The notes beneath the pieces were generated by a model. The model searched no databases and had not been told where the DNA came from. It saw only the letters and a list, made by a program, of their open reading frames with translations. DNA of 64,000 nucleotides, from NCBI GenBank assembly GCA_048772705.1, contig JBLWGC010000141.1:7533-71532 (forward strand). The letters run 5' to 3'. Below, in pieces: positions 1 through 12,181 of this stretch. A program made the translations under genes and the position numbers. The first letter of the stretch is position 1; the number at the start of each line of letters is the position of its first letter. The DNA is from Leidyana gryllorum EB-2025a (taxonomy: Eukaryota > Protista > Apicomplexa).

Positions 1-68
1 CTGTAGTGGTGACATCAGATATTCGACGAGTAAATTCCGTCCCACCGGAAGTTGATGAGTGGACTTCT

Positions 69-628
69 TGTTGTAGTTCGTGTTTGCCTGATGGTCAACT
101 TCCTATCGGGTTGCCAAATTCGACTTGGTGAAATTTCCAATCGAATTAACATCCATCTGGATACTTCCCTACATATTTGGCACTTATATAGGGGCATGTA
201 TAAGATGGTGAAAAGGCATTATTAACCAACGTAAAGCAACTACTACTAAAGCGTAAAGGCTAATGCACCCTAGTGGTCTGAACTCTCTGTGACAGTGTAA
301 CTGTGCAGACACTCGCATGAATGATCAGAGTGTGGTGTCGGGGAGAACTACCGTGTGTCCAGCGCGAGGCCCCGCAAGAGTGCGAGCGACTGGCACATGG
401 GTAGAGTGAGAGAGACACCAGAGTGAGAGACACACGTAAGCAAAGTTGGCTAAGTCAGAGTTGGACTAGGCAAGAGGCGGCCTAAGATAACTTTTGCTCT
501 TGGTACAACAAGTCGTAGTTCTTGTTTTGCGTCGTCGTGTGCGACATATTCGTGGTAGACTTGTCGGCAAAAATACTAACTTGGTTCCTAAGTCTGACTT
601 GTGGTCGAAAGTATGCAGAGATACAACA
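69..628 (+). mobile_element. Solo LTR (family A) with ~40-bp deletion near its 3' end
   Basis: TGTTGTA...TACAACA termini; near-identical to 61912-62511; flanks CTTCT/GGCAA are not a TSD. Confidence 0.88.
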
Positions 629-710
629 GGCAACTTGCCCGAGTGGTTAAGGGGGTAGACTTGAAATCTACTGGGTCTGGCCCGCGCTGGTTCGAATCCA
701 GCAGTTGTCG
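629..710 (+). tRNA. tRNA-Ser(TGA)
   Basis: GGCAACT/AGTTGTC acceptor, GTAGA-CT TGA AA-TCTAC, long variable arm. Confidence 0.9.
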
Positions 711-792
711 TGCGATCTGATTGGAGGGGCAGACAACAACTCACTCCTGAAACCCCAGAATGGTGCCTCAATCAACCATCTGCCATCTTCTC

Positions 793-863
793 TGCATCTG
801 CCGGGAATCGAACCTGGGTCGTCTCCGTGGCAACGAGACATTCTACCACTAGACCACAGATGC
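793..863 (-). tRNA. tRNA-Gly(GCC)
   Basis: GCATCTG/CAGATGC acceptor, TT GCC AC loop. Confidence 0.8.
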
Positions 864-1544
864 ATAATACCTTGTTGAGCTAGTCCCCGCGCCCGCTGCG
901 CAGACCTCATACCATTCATGGTTTTTGACATAGTATGACCAATCTCTCGACTGCGGCGCGCACCAACACAGTGACATGACAAGCGTGGGATTCGAGCCCA
1001 CGCGATTTGGAACTGCGGCCTGAACACAGCGCTTCAGACCACTCGGCCATGTTGCCGGAGTGTTGTTGGCTCGCCGCTCCACGCGTTTCCTGTCCGTGGA
1101 ATCTCGAAACTGGTAAGACGTCTGAGGCTGAAGGCCGGCGCGTTGACGATCGTCCGAGATGAAGTAGTGGTCAGTATTTCCGCCTGTCACGCGGAAGACC
1201 CGGATTCGATGCCCGGTTTCGGAGCACAGCTGATTCCGCTTAAGATTGCCGCTGAAAGTTGCGAGCTACAGTCACCGAGGATCGAACTCGGGACCTTCTG
1301 CGTGTTAACCAGACGTCGTAATCACTACACCATGGGTGCACGAAAGCTTTCCGCAGACCAAGAGGAGTTGCGAAATTTCAAGAAGTAGTGAGCACTAGTT
1401 GCGAGGTCGTGTCGGGAATCAAATCCAGGTCGGGAGATTCAAAATCTCCACAACTAACCACTGTGCCGTAGGGGGGCAGGCTGAACAGGCGGCTGTCTGG
1501 TCTGGTGGTATGATTCTTCCTCGGGTGGAAGAACATTGTAATTG

Positions 1545-1617
1545 GGTCTTGTAGCTCAGTCGGCAGAGCGTGTGGCTGTTAACCACAAAGTCGCAGGTTC
1601 GAAACCTGCCAGGACCG
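1545..1617 (+). tRNA. tRNA-Asn(GTT)
   Basis: TGTGG-CT GTT AA-CCACA, intact cloverleaf. Confidence 0.9.
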
Positions 1618-1805
1618 GGTGATGCGGCACCGTACTCTCTAGACGGCACTTGTGCTCTTGGAACCCCTTTCCAAGGTCGTAGACTTAGCCGAAATGCGAT
1701 TCTCTAGATGTCAGTTGCCCTGACTGCCCTACCGAGGTGGGCTAACGAGGTGGCTGTGTTGGTTGTGAGGGCAACTTGTCCCGTCGGGTCAACCGACGAC
1801 CAAGA

Positions 1806-1877
1806 GGGCTGTTCTGGGAATCGAACCCAGGACTCCTTCCACCCTAAGGAAGGATCATACCACTAGACCAAACAGCC
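1806..1877 (-). tRNA. tRNA-Pro(AGG)
   Basis: GGCTGTT/AACAGCC, CTTCC-TT AGG GT-GGAAG. Confidence 0.9.
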
Positions 1878-2132
1878 GACTGATCGGTGGTGCAAATTGC
1901 TGGTAGAGTCGGGAGACTGGTCATAACATGTCAAGAACCACTAAATGCTATGGGGTGTGCACAGCCGGCGACTAGCTCAAATTATGTAGCACTCGCGTAG
2001 CAGGCGAGAGATGCTGGGATCGATGCCCAGGTCGTCCAAACTTCTACCGGCTGCACCTCCGGTATCTGAAAACAGAGTCACGACCGAATGGAGTTGACGC
2101 CCGATCGCAACCATGTTTAGGCTGATGACTGA

Positions 2133-2204
2133 AGCCTCCTGTCGGAATCGAACCAGCGACCTTTCGCTTACAAAGCGAATGCTCTGCCCCTAAGCTAAGG
2201 AGGC
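2133..2204 (-). tRNA. tRNA-Thr(TGT)
   Basis: TTCGC-TT TGT AA-GCGAA. Confidence 0.85.
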
Positions 2205-2458
2205 ATTCCCTGTCTCGCCCATATGAGTTTTTGATGCTGGGAATTGCATTATTTCCACCGCATCGCACGACAACTGCTGCATTCAAACCAGCGCGGGCCA
2301 GGCCCAGTAGATTTCTAGTTTACCCCCTCAACCACTCGGGCAAGTTGCCACCTGTCGAACTCGGCATTTTGCGGCCAGTGATGTCACATACGGTTCGGCA
2401 AGCTTGACTAGGACCCCAAACCGTTGTGAAAAAGTGCCAGCGAGTAAGAGATGTCGTC

Positions 2459-2540
2459 GGCAAGGTGGCCGAGTGGTTAAGGCGGCGGCCTGCTAAGCCG
2501 TTGGGTTCCACCCGCGTGAGTTCGAATCTCACCCTTGTCG
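2459..2540 (+). tRNA. tRNA-Ser(GCT)
   Basis: GCGGC-CT GCT AA-GCCGT, long variable arm. Confidence 0.9.
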
Positions 2541-2830
2541 GTAGCATTCGGGGAGAGCGCAACTGGTTGAATGATTGAACTGAGGTTTTTGCCCGACTCG
2601 AATCCAACTCTTTACGCTGGGGTCTGTATACAAGACCCGTGTTGCATGTGTCCAGTTGAGGAAGCGCTAGTCCGACTCTTCTGGGATGGGCTGAACCGGT
2701 TGCGTCCTTGGTGGTTAGCACTCGACACTTTGGATTTTCCGACTGGGTTCGATCCCTCCGCGACCCTTGAACTGGTCCTCACTACTCCCTGAAGCTTCGC
2801 CACTTCTCTTGGGCTGCGGGGACCATCCAT

Positions 2831-2903
2831 GCAGCCATGGTCTAGTGGTAACGACGTCTGCTTAACACGCAGAAGGTCCCGAGTTCGATCCTCGGTGGCT
2901 GTA
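2831..2903 (+). tRNA. tRNA-Val(AAC)
   Basis: TCTGC-TT AAC AC-GCAGA. Confidence 0.88.
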
Positions 2904-3113
2904 GCTCGCAACTTTCAGCGGGCACCAAAAAAGACAATCTTAAGCGAGATCAACTGTGCTCCGAGACCGGAAATCTTCCGCGTGACAGGCGGAAATACTA
3001 ACCACTATACTATCTCGGACGTTCCGAACACACCGGCCTTCAACCCCAAAAGTCCTCCCTCCTCGAGACTTCACGAACAGAAAACGTGTAAAGTGGCGAG
3101 CCAAGAACACTTC

Positions 3114-3193
3114 GGCAAGATGGCCGAGTGGTGTAAGGCGCTGTTTTAAGGCCGCAGTCCGAAAGGGCGTGGGTTCGAATCCCACTCTTGTCA
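3114..3193 (+). tRNA. tRNA-Leu(AAG)
   Basis: GGCAAGA/TCTTGTC acceptor, TT AAG GC loop, variable arm. Confidence 0.8.
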
Positions 3194-3252
3194 GCCGTTG
3201 TATCGGCACTCGGTCAGCCACTGGATGCAGGGGGTTTTCCGTGTAGAGGGAT

Positions 3253-3325
3253 GGGCGGCTAGCTCAGATGGTGGAGCGCTCGCGTTGCATGCGAGAGGTA
3301 CTGGGATCGATACCCAGGTCGTCCA
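3253..3325 (+). tRNA. tRNA-Ala(TGC)
   Basis: G3:U70 pair, GGATCGAT T-loop of eukaryotic Ala type. Confidence 0.78.
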
Positions 3326-3904
3326 AACTCGGTAGGGCGACTTGCCGGTAGTTAAATACAGAGTTGCGACCTCTAACAGAGTGTCGCATATCGCAGCTCC
3401 CGGCACCGCTAGGCTTCGAAACTGCGACTTTGTGGTAAACAGCTACACGCTTTGCCGACTGAGCTACAAGACCCAGTTGCAATGTTCTTAAGCGAAGAAA
3501 AATCATACCTGCAGACCAAACAGCCCCCTGTCGGGCCTCGTGCCGAAGCTTGTCAGCGTCTCTGTCAATCTGCCACGGCTGTTTGAGGCGTGCCTCCTGC
3601 GTCTGCCGGGAATCGAACCTGGGTCGTCTCGGTGGCAACGACACATTCTACCACTAGACCACAGATGCATGACTCGTTGTTGTTCAATCTCGTGCACAAT
3701 AACGGCCGTTTTGCTTCAAATAAGAAGACAGAAGCGAGTTGAGCGAGTATGATGGGTAGTTTGTGGGTACAGAGCAGCTGACTGCAGATCAGCAAGTCCG
3801 TGGTCCAACTCAGCGCGTGCCCTGAAGATGGTTTGGAACGATCGGAGATGTTGGACCTCCATTCCTGACCACAAGGCAATTAGTCTGGAACGGGAGATGG
3901 TTTT

Positions 3905-3976
3905 GGGCCTATGGCGCAACGGTAGCGCGTCTGACTCCAGATCAGAAGGTTGGGTGTTCGAATCACTCTGGACTCA
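3905..3976 (+). tRNA. tRNA-Trp(CCA)
   Basis: TCTGA-CT CCA GA-TCAGA. Confidence 0.82.
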
Positions 3977-4568
3977 ATCAGACTTTATGTTCTTCTCGTA
4001 TGGGGCGTAACCAAGAATGGGATTCGGACCCACGCCCAGTCGGCGCTGCGCCGTCACATACGTCCCTGCGAGTGCTACAGCTGTCCGCCCGTGTCTAATT
4101 GGCACTGGAGTTCAACGGCGTACAATTCTAGTGAATCAGCCATGTGCTATGCCTCTGCATCTGCCGGGAATCGAAACGGGTCGTCTCGATGGCAACGAGA
4201 CATTCTACCAATAGACCACAGATGCAGATCACGATCTTGCTGCATCTTGTACGTGGTGACAGCCGTTGTTAGAGAGCCTATCGATGCATCAAAGCCTTCT
4301 GTCGGAATCGAGCCGCCGACTTCTCGCTTACGAAGCAAACGCTCTGCCCCTAACTTAAGACGGCAATCCAAGCAGGAAATTACGCATCTATCCCCATTGA
4401 GGGAGCTTACTGAAGGACTGTGATCGGATAGTCCGGGGACTTCCACTGCCGGGACTTGAACCCGGACCGTGCGGGCGAGAGCCGCATATCATAGCCGGTC
4501 TCAGCCATACCCTCATGTGATCGAGGCAGCGCCTGCCTGAGGGGTGACACCAGATGTCACAATCTCTC

Positions 4569-4641
4569 TGCCTCGGCCGTGGATCGAACACGGCACTTCC
4601 AGATCTTCAGTCTGGCGCTCTCCCAACTGAGCTACCGAGGC
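4569..4641 (-). tRNA. tRNA-Phe(GAA)
   Basis: GCCTCGG/CCGAGGC, CCAGA-CT GAA GA-TCTGG; its 3' end matches the retrotransposon PBS. Confidence 0.9.
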
Positions 4642-5710
4642 GCTAAAAAGTCCTGAAACGCGGTGAAAATAAGCACTCACCGCAGCGCATCCTCGCGGCA
4701 TGCCGAGTTCGACAGTTGCCAACTTGCCCGAGTGGGGAGGGGTGGTGAATTTGTATTTTATTGGGGCTGGTCCGTGGGGGTGCAGGCTTTGGGCGAGAGC
4801 CGTACCATCCTGAAAAGGAGTGGGATGTCAGGTCAACACCTCAATGAGCTTTTCTGGGAATCGGATCCAATTCTCTTTCCATCCTGACAGGGATACCACC
4901 GCTAGACCAAATAGCCGAATACTTGGGTGCATGCAACCGGATATATAGATAGAGACTCGAATCTACCGTAGCTTTTCCAGCCTATTCTTGAGGATGATCG
5001 CCGTTGCACAAAATGGGATTCGAACCCATGCAGACTTGCGCCTACCAGAACTTGAGTCTGGCCCCTAAGACCACTCGGGCATCTGTTCGTTACTTTCTTT
5101 CTGAGTCCCAGAGTGTTAATGGCTTCCGTTGCGGCGTCGATGTCGTTCTGGGTGCAGTGTACCGCCCCGGAGTACTCTTACGGCCCGAGTTGCTTAGATG
5201 GCAACGCATGTGATTGTAGTGGTGGCAACAAATATTCGACGAGCGAATTCCGTCCGCCGGGAGTTGAGGAGTGAACTTCATTCCATCCTGATCGATGCTT
5301 CGCTACCTCTACAGCCTCGCTCAAAGAGTGTCCGAGTCGTCTAGTGGTTAGGACAGCACGTTGTGGCCGTGCAAACCTAGGCTCGATTCCTGGCTCGGAC
5401 AAGCAGTCTAAAGTGCATTGCTCTTCGCCGCGGTTGAAAATATTGTTGCAGCCATGGTCAAGTCTGTACGATCGGCTGCACCGGCCGGGACTCGAACCCG
5501 GGCTGCGAGCATGGGAAGCTCGCATCCTACCCTTGGACCACAAGTGCACTCGAGAAAGAGCTTCAGCACCCCGAGACTCGGCCGCAGTCTGCGTTGAGCT
5601 AGTGGGTGCCTCAAGTACTGGCAGGTTCCAGTCTGCGCGATCCTCGGTGGCTGTAGCTTGCAACTTTCAGCGAGAACCAAAGAAGAGAGTCTCAAGCGAG
5701 ATCAACTGTG

Positions 5711-5782
5711 CTCCGAGACCGGGAATCGAACCCGGGTCTTCCGCGTGACAGGCGGAAATACTAACCACTATACTATCTCGGA
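5711..5782 (-). tRNA. tRNA-Asp(GTC)
   Basis: TCCGAGA/TCTCGGA, TCCGC-CT GTC AC-GCGGA. Confidence 0.92.
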
Positions 5783-6146
5783 CGCTCTGAACACACCGGC
5801 CTCCAATTCCAGAAGTCTTTCTATTTTGGCTCACGGACAAAAAACGCGTGGAGCGATGAACCAACAACACTGTGGCAAGATGGCCGAGATGTCTGAGGCG
5901 CTGTGCTCAGACCGCAGTCCGAAAGGGCGAGGATCTCGGGTTGAGCCTTTCGGACCCCCGGAGCAGTTGGACGGCCGGGGGTTGCTCAGTTGGTAGAGCA
6001 TCTGACTGTAGTGCTGGCATCAGATAGTCGGCGGTTCGATTCCGTCCCACCGCAAGTAGAGTGGTGATTGGCAAAGTACTACTCAACCTGAAGCTGGGAG
6101 CAGAAATTGGCCCAGTCTCTCGGGGTGCTGCAGATCGTTCGCAATT

Positions 6147-6217
6147 GCACTTGTGGTCTAAGGGTAAGATGCGACCCTTCCAAGGTCGTAACCCGGGTTC
6201 GAGTCCCGGCAGGTGCA
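6147..6217 (+). tRNA. tRNA-Gly(TCC)
   Basis: CGACC-CT TCC AA-GGTCG. Confidence 0.9.
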
Positions 6218-6294
6218 GCTGTAGCTGTTTGTAGGTCAAACGACCTGTACATCAGTGAAGTGAGGGGACTTGAGTGCCAATACAATACAACGGC

Positions 6295-6374
6295 TGACAA
6301 GAGTGGGATTCGAACCCACGCCCTTTCGGACTGCGGCCTGAACACAGCGCCTTAGACCACTCGGCCATCTTGCC
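6295..6374 (-). tRNA. tRNA-Leu(CAG)
   Basis: CTGTG-TT CAG GC-CGCAG, variable arm. Confidence 0.9.
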
Positions 6375-6620
6375 GGAGCGTTCGCCACTTTACAGGTTTT
6401 CTGTCCGTGTAGTTCTCGAGAAGGAAGACTTTTAGGGTTGAAGACGCGGAAGACGCGGGTTCGATGCCCTGTTTTGGAGGGTACAGGGCGAGCTTCCTTG
6501 CCGCCCCAACTCCGTCGGTGGCGCGCAAGACGTTTGATGGGAGAACGCGGGTTCGTGCCGGCGCGAGCAGTGCTGAACCGTATGTGAAGCCACTGGCTGC
6601 AAAATGCCAAGCTCGACAGC

Positions 6621-6702
6621 GGCAACTTGCCCGAGTGGTTGAGGGGGTAGACTAGAAATCTACTGGGCCTGGCCCGCTTTGGTTCAAATCCAGCAGTTGT
6701 CG
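6621..6702 (+). tRNA. tRNA-Ser(AGA)
   Basis: GTAGA-CT AGA AA-TCTAC. Confidence 0.82.
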
Positions 6703-7021
6703 TGCGATGTGGTTGGAGGGTTAAACATCAACTCACGCATGAATTTCTGAATGGTGGAAACGCAACCATGTGTCCTCTGCATCTGCCGGGAATCGAACCC
6801 GGGCCGTCTCGATGGCAACGAGACATTCTACCATTAGACCACAGATGCGTGACACCTTGTTGTTGAAGCTCGTACACGGTAACGGCCGTTTTCTGAACGA
6901 ATGGAATGTCCGTGGCGTGTTCAGAGCGTCCGAGATAGCATAGTGGTTACTATTTTCGCATGTCACGCCTAAGAAGCGGGCCCGATTGCCGGTAAATGAG
7001 TCTGGAACGGGGGATGGTTTT

Positions 7022-7093
7022 GGGCCTATGGCGCAACGGTAGCGCGTCTGACTCCAGATCAGAAGGTTGGGTGTTCGAATCACTCTGGGCTCA
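7022..7093 (+). tRNA. tRNA-Trp(CCA)
   Basis: Intact cloverleaf, CT CCA GA. Confidence 0.9.
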
Positions 7094-7303
7094 ACCGGAC
7101 TCTATGTTTTTCCCGTTTGGGGCGCAACCTGACAAAAGTGGGATTCGAACCCACGACCTTTCGGACTGCGGTCTGAGCACAGCGCCTCAGACCACTCGGT
7201 CATCTTGCCGGGATGTTGTTGGCTCGCCGCTCCAAGCGTTTTCTATCCCTTGAATCTCAAGATGGAAGGACTTTTGGGGTTTCAGGCCGGTGTGTTCGGA
7301 GCG

Positions 7304-7375
7304 TCCGAGATAGTATAGTGGTTAGTATTTCCGCCTGTCACGCGGAAGACCCGGGTTCGATTCCCGGTCTCGGAG
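7304..7375 (+). tRNA. tRNA-Asp(GTC)
   Basis: Intact cloverleaf. Confidence 0.92.
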
Positions 7376-7512
7376 CAGTTCCAGCCCTCACAACTGGTGC
7401 AACTCAGATTTTGTCGCAGCTGGTCTGGACTTCATTCGGGATTGTACGAGTGGGAGCCGCGTATAGAAGCCGACCTTGGAGGGACGCGGCATTGAGTCAA
7501 CAACTATCAGAC

Positions 7513-7584
7513 GGGCTGTTCTGGGAATCGAACCCAGGACTTCTTCCACCCGAAGGAAGAATCATACCACTAGACCAAACAGCC
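7513..7584 (-). tRNA. tRNA-Pro(CGG)
   Basis: CTTCC-TT CGG GT-GGAAG. Confidence 0.9.
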
Positions 7585-7671
7585 GGCTGTCGGTCGAGCA
7601 ACCCGCTGAGTACAGTCGAGAGAGTGGTCATACGATGTTGAGAACAAAAAAATCGATGGGGTCTGCGCAAC

Positions 7672-7744
7672 GGGCGACTAGCTCAAATGGTAGAGCGCTC
7701 GCTTAGCATGCGAGAGGTACTGGGATCGATGCCCAGGTCGTCCA
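7672..7744 (+). tRNA. tRNA-Ala(AGC)
   Basis: CTCGC-TT AGC AT-GCGAG, G3:U70. Confidence 0.9.
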
Positions 7745-8048
7745 AAGTTCGTACGGCTGCACGTGGCGGGATCCAAACAAACTTCCATCTTTGAAGGGTC
7801 GCAGACCACAAGTGCCATTGGCACACCAGCGCACTCAGTGTTTAGTGTGCCTCTGAAACCGGTCCTGGAAGGTTTCGAACCTGCGACTTTGTGGTTAACA
7901 GCCACACGCTCTGCCGACTGAGCTACGAGACCCAGCTACAATGGTTCAGAGGTTAGTATAGAGATCCTTCTTTTTCTACCACAGGATTCTGCAACCACGT
8001 CTTGTCAAGAGGTACGGCTCTCGGCTAAAGCTGCAGCTGAGGAAGTTG

Positions 8049-8121
8049 TCCACTGTAGTCTAAGTGGCTAGGATATGCGGCTCTCACCCGCACGATCCGG
8101 GTTCAAGTCCCGGCAGTGGAA
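8049..8121 (+). tRNA. tRNA-Glu(CTC)
   Basis: TCCACTG/CAGTGGA, TGCGG-CT CTC AC-CCGCA. Confidence 0.92.
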
Positions 8122-8719
8122 ATCCAGCTGAGTGTGCTTGTAGGCAACAGTTCCATTCTTACTCCCATGGAAATAGATCCACACCGCCCGCGGGGCTCGA
8201 ACCCGCGACTGAATGATTAAGAGTCTTGCGCTCTACCGACTGAGCTAGGGCGGCAGGAATGCAAGGACACAAAGCCCGATAGCCTGACATTTGAAGTGGC
8301 TCCGCTCCCACAGCTGGTACCCACAGGTCGTTCGCGTGGCAGGCGGGACTACTCTTTGATACCATGTCGGAGGCGCGTGACCCCCAACGTTAGAGCCCAG
8401 CCTTTCCATTCTCTAGCTTCAAACAGACAGGGAACGCTTGAAGTGGCGGGACAGAAACCGAGCTGGTAAGATGGCTGAGGGGTCTAAGGCGCTGTTTTTA
8501 AGTCGCACTCCGAGAGGACGTGGGTCCAAATCCCACTCTTTTCAGGTAGCGCCTCACACGGGAAAAACAAATAGTCTGATTGAGCCCAGAGTGATTCGAA
8601 AACCCAACCTTCTGATCTGGAGTCAGACGCGCTACGTTCCGCCATAGGCCCAAAACCATCCCCCGCTCCAGACTCATTGCCTTGTGGTCCAACATCTCCG
8701 ATCGTTCCAAACCATCTTC

Positions 8720-8791
8720 AGGGCACGCGCGGAGTTGAACCACGGACTTGCTGATCTGCAGTCAGCTGCTCTACCACTGAGCTACGTACCC
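8720..8791 (-). tRNA. tRNA-Cys(GCA)
   Basis: GCTGA-CT GCA GA-TCAGC, U73. Confidence 0.9.
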
Positions 8792-9828
8792 ACAAAATAC
8801 CCGTCATACTCGCTCAACTCGTTTTTTTTTCTCATTTGAAGCAAAACGGCCGTTATTGTGCACGAGCTTGAACAACAACGAGTGATGCATCTGTGGTCTA
8901 GTGGTAGAATGTCTCGTTGCCATCGAGACGACCCGCGTTCGATTCCCGCTAGATGCAGAGGACATAGACATACATGATTTAGTGCCAATCAGACACTGGC
9001 GGACAGCTGTAGCACTCGCAGGGACATATGTGACGGCGCAGCGCCGAATGGGCGTGGATCCAAATCCCATCCTTGTCAGGATAGAACTTGGGATTTTCTT
9101 TCCTGCGTGTGAAGCAGACGTCGTAAGCAGTAGACCATGGCTGTACGGAGCTTCCGGGCCGTGAACGGGGCGTATGTCTTTCGACACACGTATCCGATGA
9201 GCCTCACAGAAGTTGGACGGCCTGGAGTAGCTCATTTAGAGAGCATCTAACGCTCCTGTTACATTTCATCCTGATTGATGCCCCACTGCCTTGATAGCTA
9301 CTTGCAGATTGTCCGAGTCGTCTAGTGGTTGGGACAGCAAGTTGTGGCCGTGCGAAGCCAGGCTCGATTCCCGGCTGAGGCACCCACAGGGGGCTGTTTG
9401 GTCTAGTTACATGATTCTTTCTTCGGCTGGAAGAAGTCCTGGGTTCAATGCCACGTCTCTCCAAGGTCGGCTACTATACGCGGCTCCCACTCGTACAATC
9501 CCGAATGAAGTCCAGACCAGCTGAGACAAAATCTGAGTTGCAGCAGTTTTGAGGGGCTGGAACTGCTCGGACCGGGAATCGAACCCGGGTCTTCCGAGTG
9601 ACAGGCGGAAATACTAACCACTATACTATCTCAAATGCTCTGAACACGCCGGCCTCCAACCCCAAAAGTTCTTCCATTATGAGATTCCAAGCACAGAAAA
9701 CGCGTGGAGCGGCGAGCCAACAACATCCCGGCAAGATGGTCGATTTGTCTAAGCGCTGTGCTCAGACCGCAGTGCGACAGGGCGAGGATCTGGGGTTGAG
9801 CCTTTCGAACCCCGGAGCAGTTGGACGG

Positions 9829-9908
9829 CCGGGGGTAGCTCAGTTGGTAGAGCATCTGACTGTAGTGCTGGCATCAGATAGTCGGCGGTTCGATTCCGTC
9901 CCACCGGA
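9829..9908 (+). tRNA. tRNA-Tyr(GTA) with 7-nt intron (9866-9872)
   Basis: TCTGA-CT GTA G[tgctggc]A-TCAGA; G5:A68 acceptor mismatch. Confidence 0.85.
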
Positions 9909-10555
9909 AGTAGCAATGTGGTTTCGGCAGACAGCGTTGATAGGCCAAGTAGACTACTCCGGCGAACATTCCATCGATGTAACTCGGATGGGCTGGGAAT
10001 CGATCCCAGTACCTTTCGTATAGTAAGCCACCGTTTCGTCATCTGGGTTAGCCTACCTCGTGGCATTGAGTGATACTTCACGTAGTGAGACGAGTCTCTC
10101 GACTTTGCCCAGCTGGTTGAACCACCGGCTAGCGGCTGTTTGGTCTAGTGGTATGATTCTTCCTTCGGGTGGCAGAAGTTCTGGGTTCGATTCCCAGAAC
10201 AGCCCTATTGGTCGTCAGTGGATCCGACGGGACAAGTTGCCCCCAGAACCAACACAGCCACCTCGTTGGCCAGGCCCAGTAGATTTCTAGTCTACCCCTT
10301 GAACACTCGGGCAAGTTGCCACCTGTCGAACTCGGCATTTAGCGGCCAGTGGCTTCACATACGGTTCAGCAAGCTTGACTCGGACTGCTGGCGCTGCCCG
10401 AACCCGCGGTCTCTCCATTGAAAGTCTGGCGCTCTACCGACGGAGCTGGCGCGGCAGGGAAGTGAGGACTTCATAACACGTACCTTTCGTATTGGTCGCA
10501 GAATGTTGGGGGTTGCTGGAGTCCAGGGCGACTCTTTATCGAAGATCCACTCACT

Positions 10556-10629
10556 TGGTCACGCCCGGGCTCGAACCGGGGACCTTGAGCTTATTAGGCT
10601 CACGCTCTGACCGACTGAGCTACGCGACC
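10556..10629 (-). tRNA. tRNA-Ile(AAT)
   Basis: TGAGC-CT AAT AA-GCTCA. Confidence 0.9.
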
Positions 10630-12099
10630 ACTTCTGCCACGACAGATGGCACCGACCCGGATGCTGGATCCCACCTCAGCTGGACTCAAACATCTCAGAC
10701 ACTAGCGGACAGCTGGAATCCACTCTTCTCAGGTGGCGCCCCGTACGAGTTAGTCGGCGCTTCCGATGCCGACCGTGGGAGTGGGGAGGATTGAACTCTC
10801 GACTTCAGGATTATGAGACCTAGGCGCTACCGACTGCGCTACACTCCCTCGTGAAACTTCTCTCGATGCATCTCTTCCTGTCAAAAGGGTGCAGAGGGAT
10901 GCTCCATCAACAACACACCCGCCCAGTTGGGCCGGCGCTTGACCGCGAACTTGGAACTTATCAGGCTCACCCTTTAAGTGACCGAAAATAGGCAGAGTTG
11001 AGGTAAACACTCACTGGACCAACTAGCCGACTGATGTGCTCCGCAAAACCACCACGATTGGCCTTCCTCCACCCCGCCAAACAGTCATTCCAGAGCCAAA
11101 TACTGACATTTAGAAGGGGCTATACCCACATCACTAACAGTTTGCACGGGATTCCCGACGAAAGGTATGATCAATTACACTCTTGGCAAGGTGGCCGAGT
11201 GGTTAAGGCGGCGGCCTGCTAAGCCGTTGGGTTTCACCCGCGTGAGTTCGAATCTCACCCTTGACGGTAGCATTCGCGGAGAGCGTGCTTCAATGATTGT
11301 CCGACTCAAATAGAACGCTCTACGCTGGGCGCTATATACAGGAGCCAATTAATTATTTCAGCGGTCAGTAGAGAGACTCGTGTTGCGTGTGTTCATTTGA
11401 GAAAGGGCTAGTCCGGATAGTTCTACCGACTCTTCAGGGATGGGCTGAAGCGGTTGCGTGGTGAGTGGTTAGCACTGGAGACTCTGAATCTCCCGACCTG
11501 GGTTCGATTTCCGGCGCGACCTTGGAACTGGTCTTCACTGCTCCGTAAAACTTCGCCACTCCTCTTGGGCTGCGGGGCCCATTCATGCAGTCAACGGTTT
11601 AGTGGTTACGACGTCTGCTCAACACCCAAAAGGTCCCGAGTTCGGTCCTCGGTGGCTGTAGCTCGCGACGTTCAGCGAGAACTAAAAGAGAGAATCTTCA
11701 GCGAAGCCATCTGTGCCCCGAGACCGGGAATCGAACCAGGGTATGCCGCGTGACAGGCGGAAATACTGACCACTATACTATCTCGGGCGCTAGTAAACTC
11801 GCCGGCCTCCAACCCCAGAAGTCCTCGCATTTTGAGATTTCACCGAGAGGAAATGGGTGGAACGGCGAGCCAAGAACACTCCGGCAAGATGGCCGAGTGC
11901 TGTGTGCAAGCCGCCGTCCGAAATGCGGGCAGAGGATCGCAACCATGTTTAGGCTAATGACTGAAGCCTCCTGCCGGAATCGAACAGCGACCTTTCGCTT
12001 ACAAAGCGAATGCTCTGCCCCTAAGCTAAGGAGGCATTCCCTGTCTCGACCCATATGAGTTTTTGATGCTGGGAATTGCATCATTTCCACCACATCGCA

Positions 12100-12181
12100 C
12101 GACAACTGCTGGATTTGAACCAGCGCGGTCCAGGCCCAGTAGATTTCGAGTCTACCCCCTTAACCACTCGGGCAAGTTGCC
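12100..12181 (-). tRNA. tRNA-Ser(CGA)
   Basis: GTAGA-CT CGA AA-TCTAC. Confidence 0.85.

Noticed and set aside
15-197. ORFs inside the LTR copies (also 56392-56918, 61988-62287)
   Set aside because: Short, non-coding LTR sequence; they recur only because the LTR recurs.
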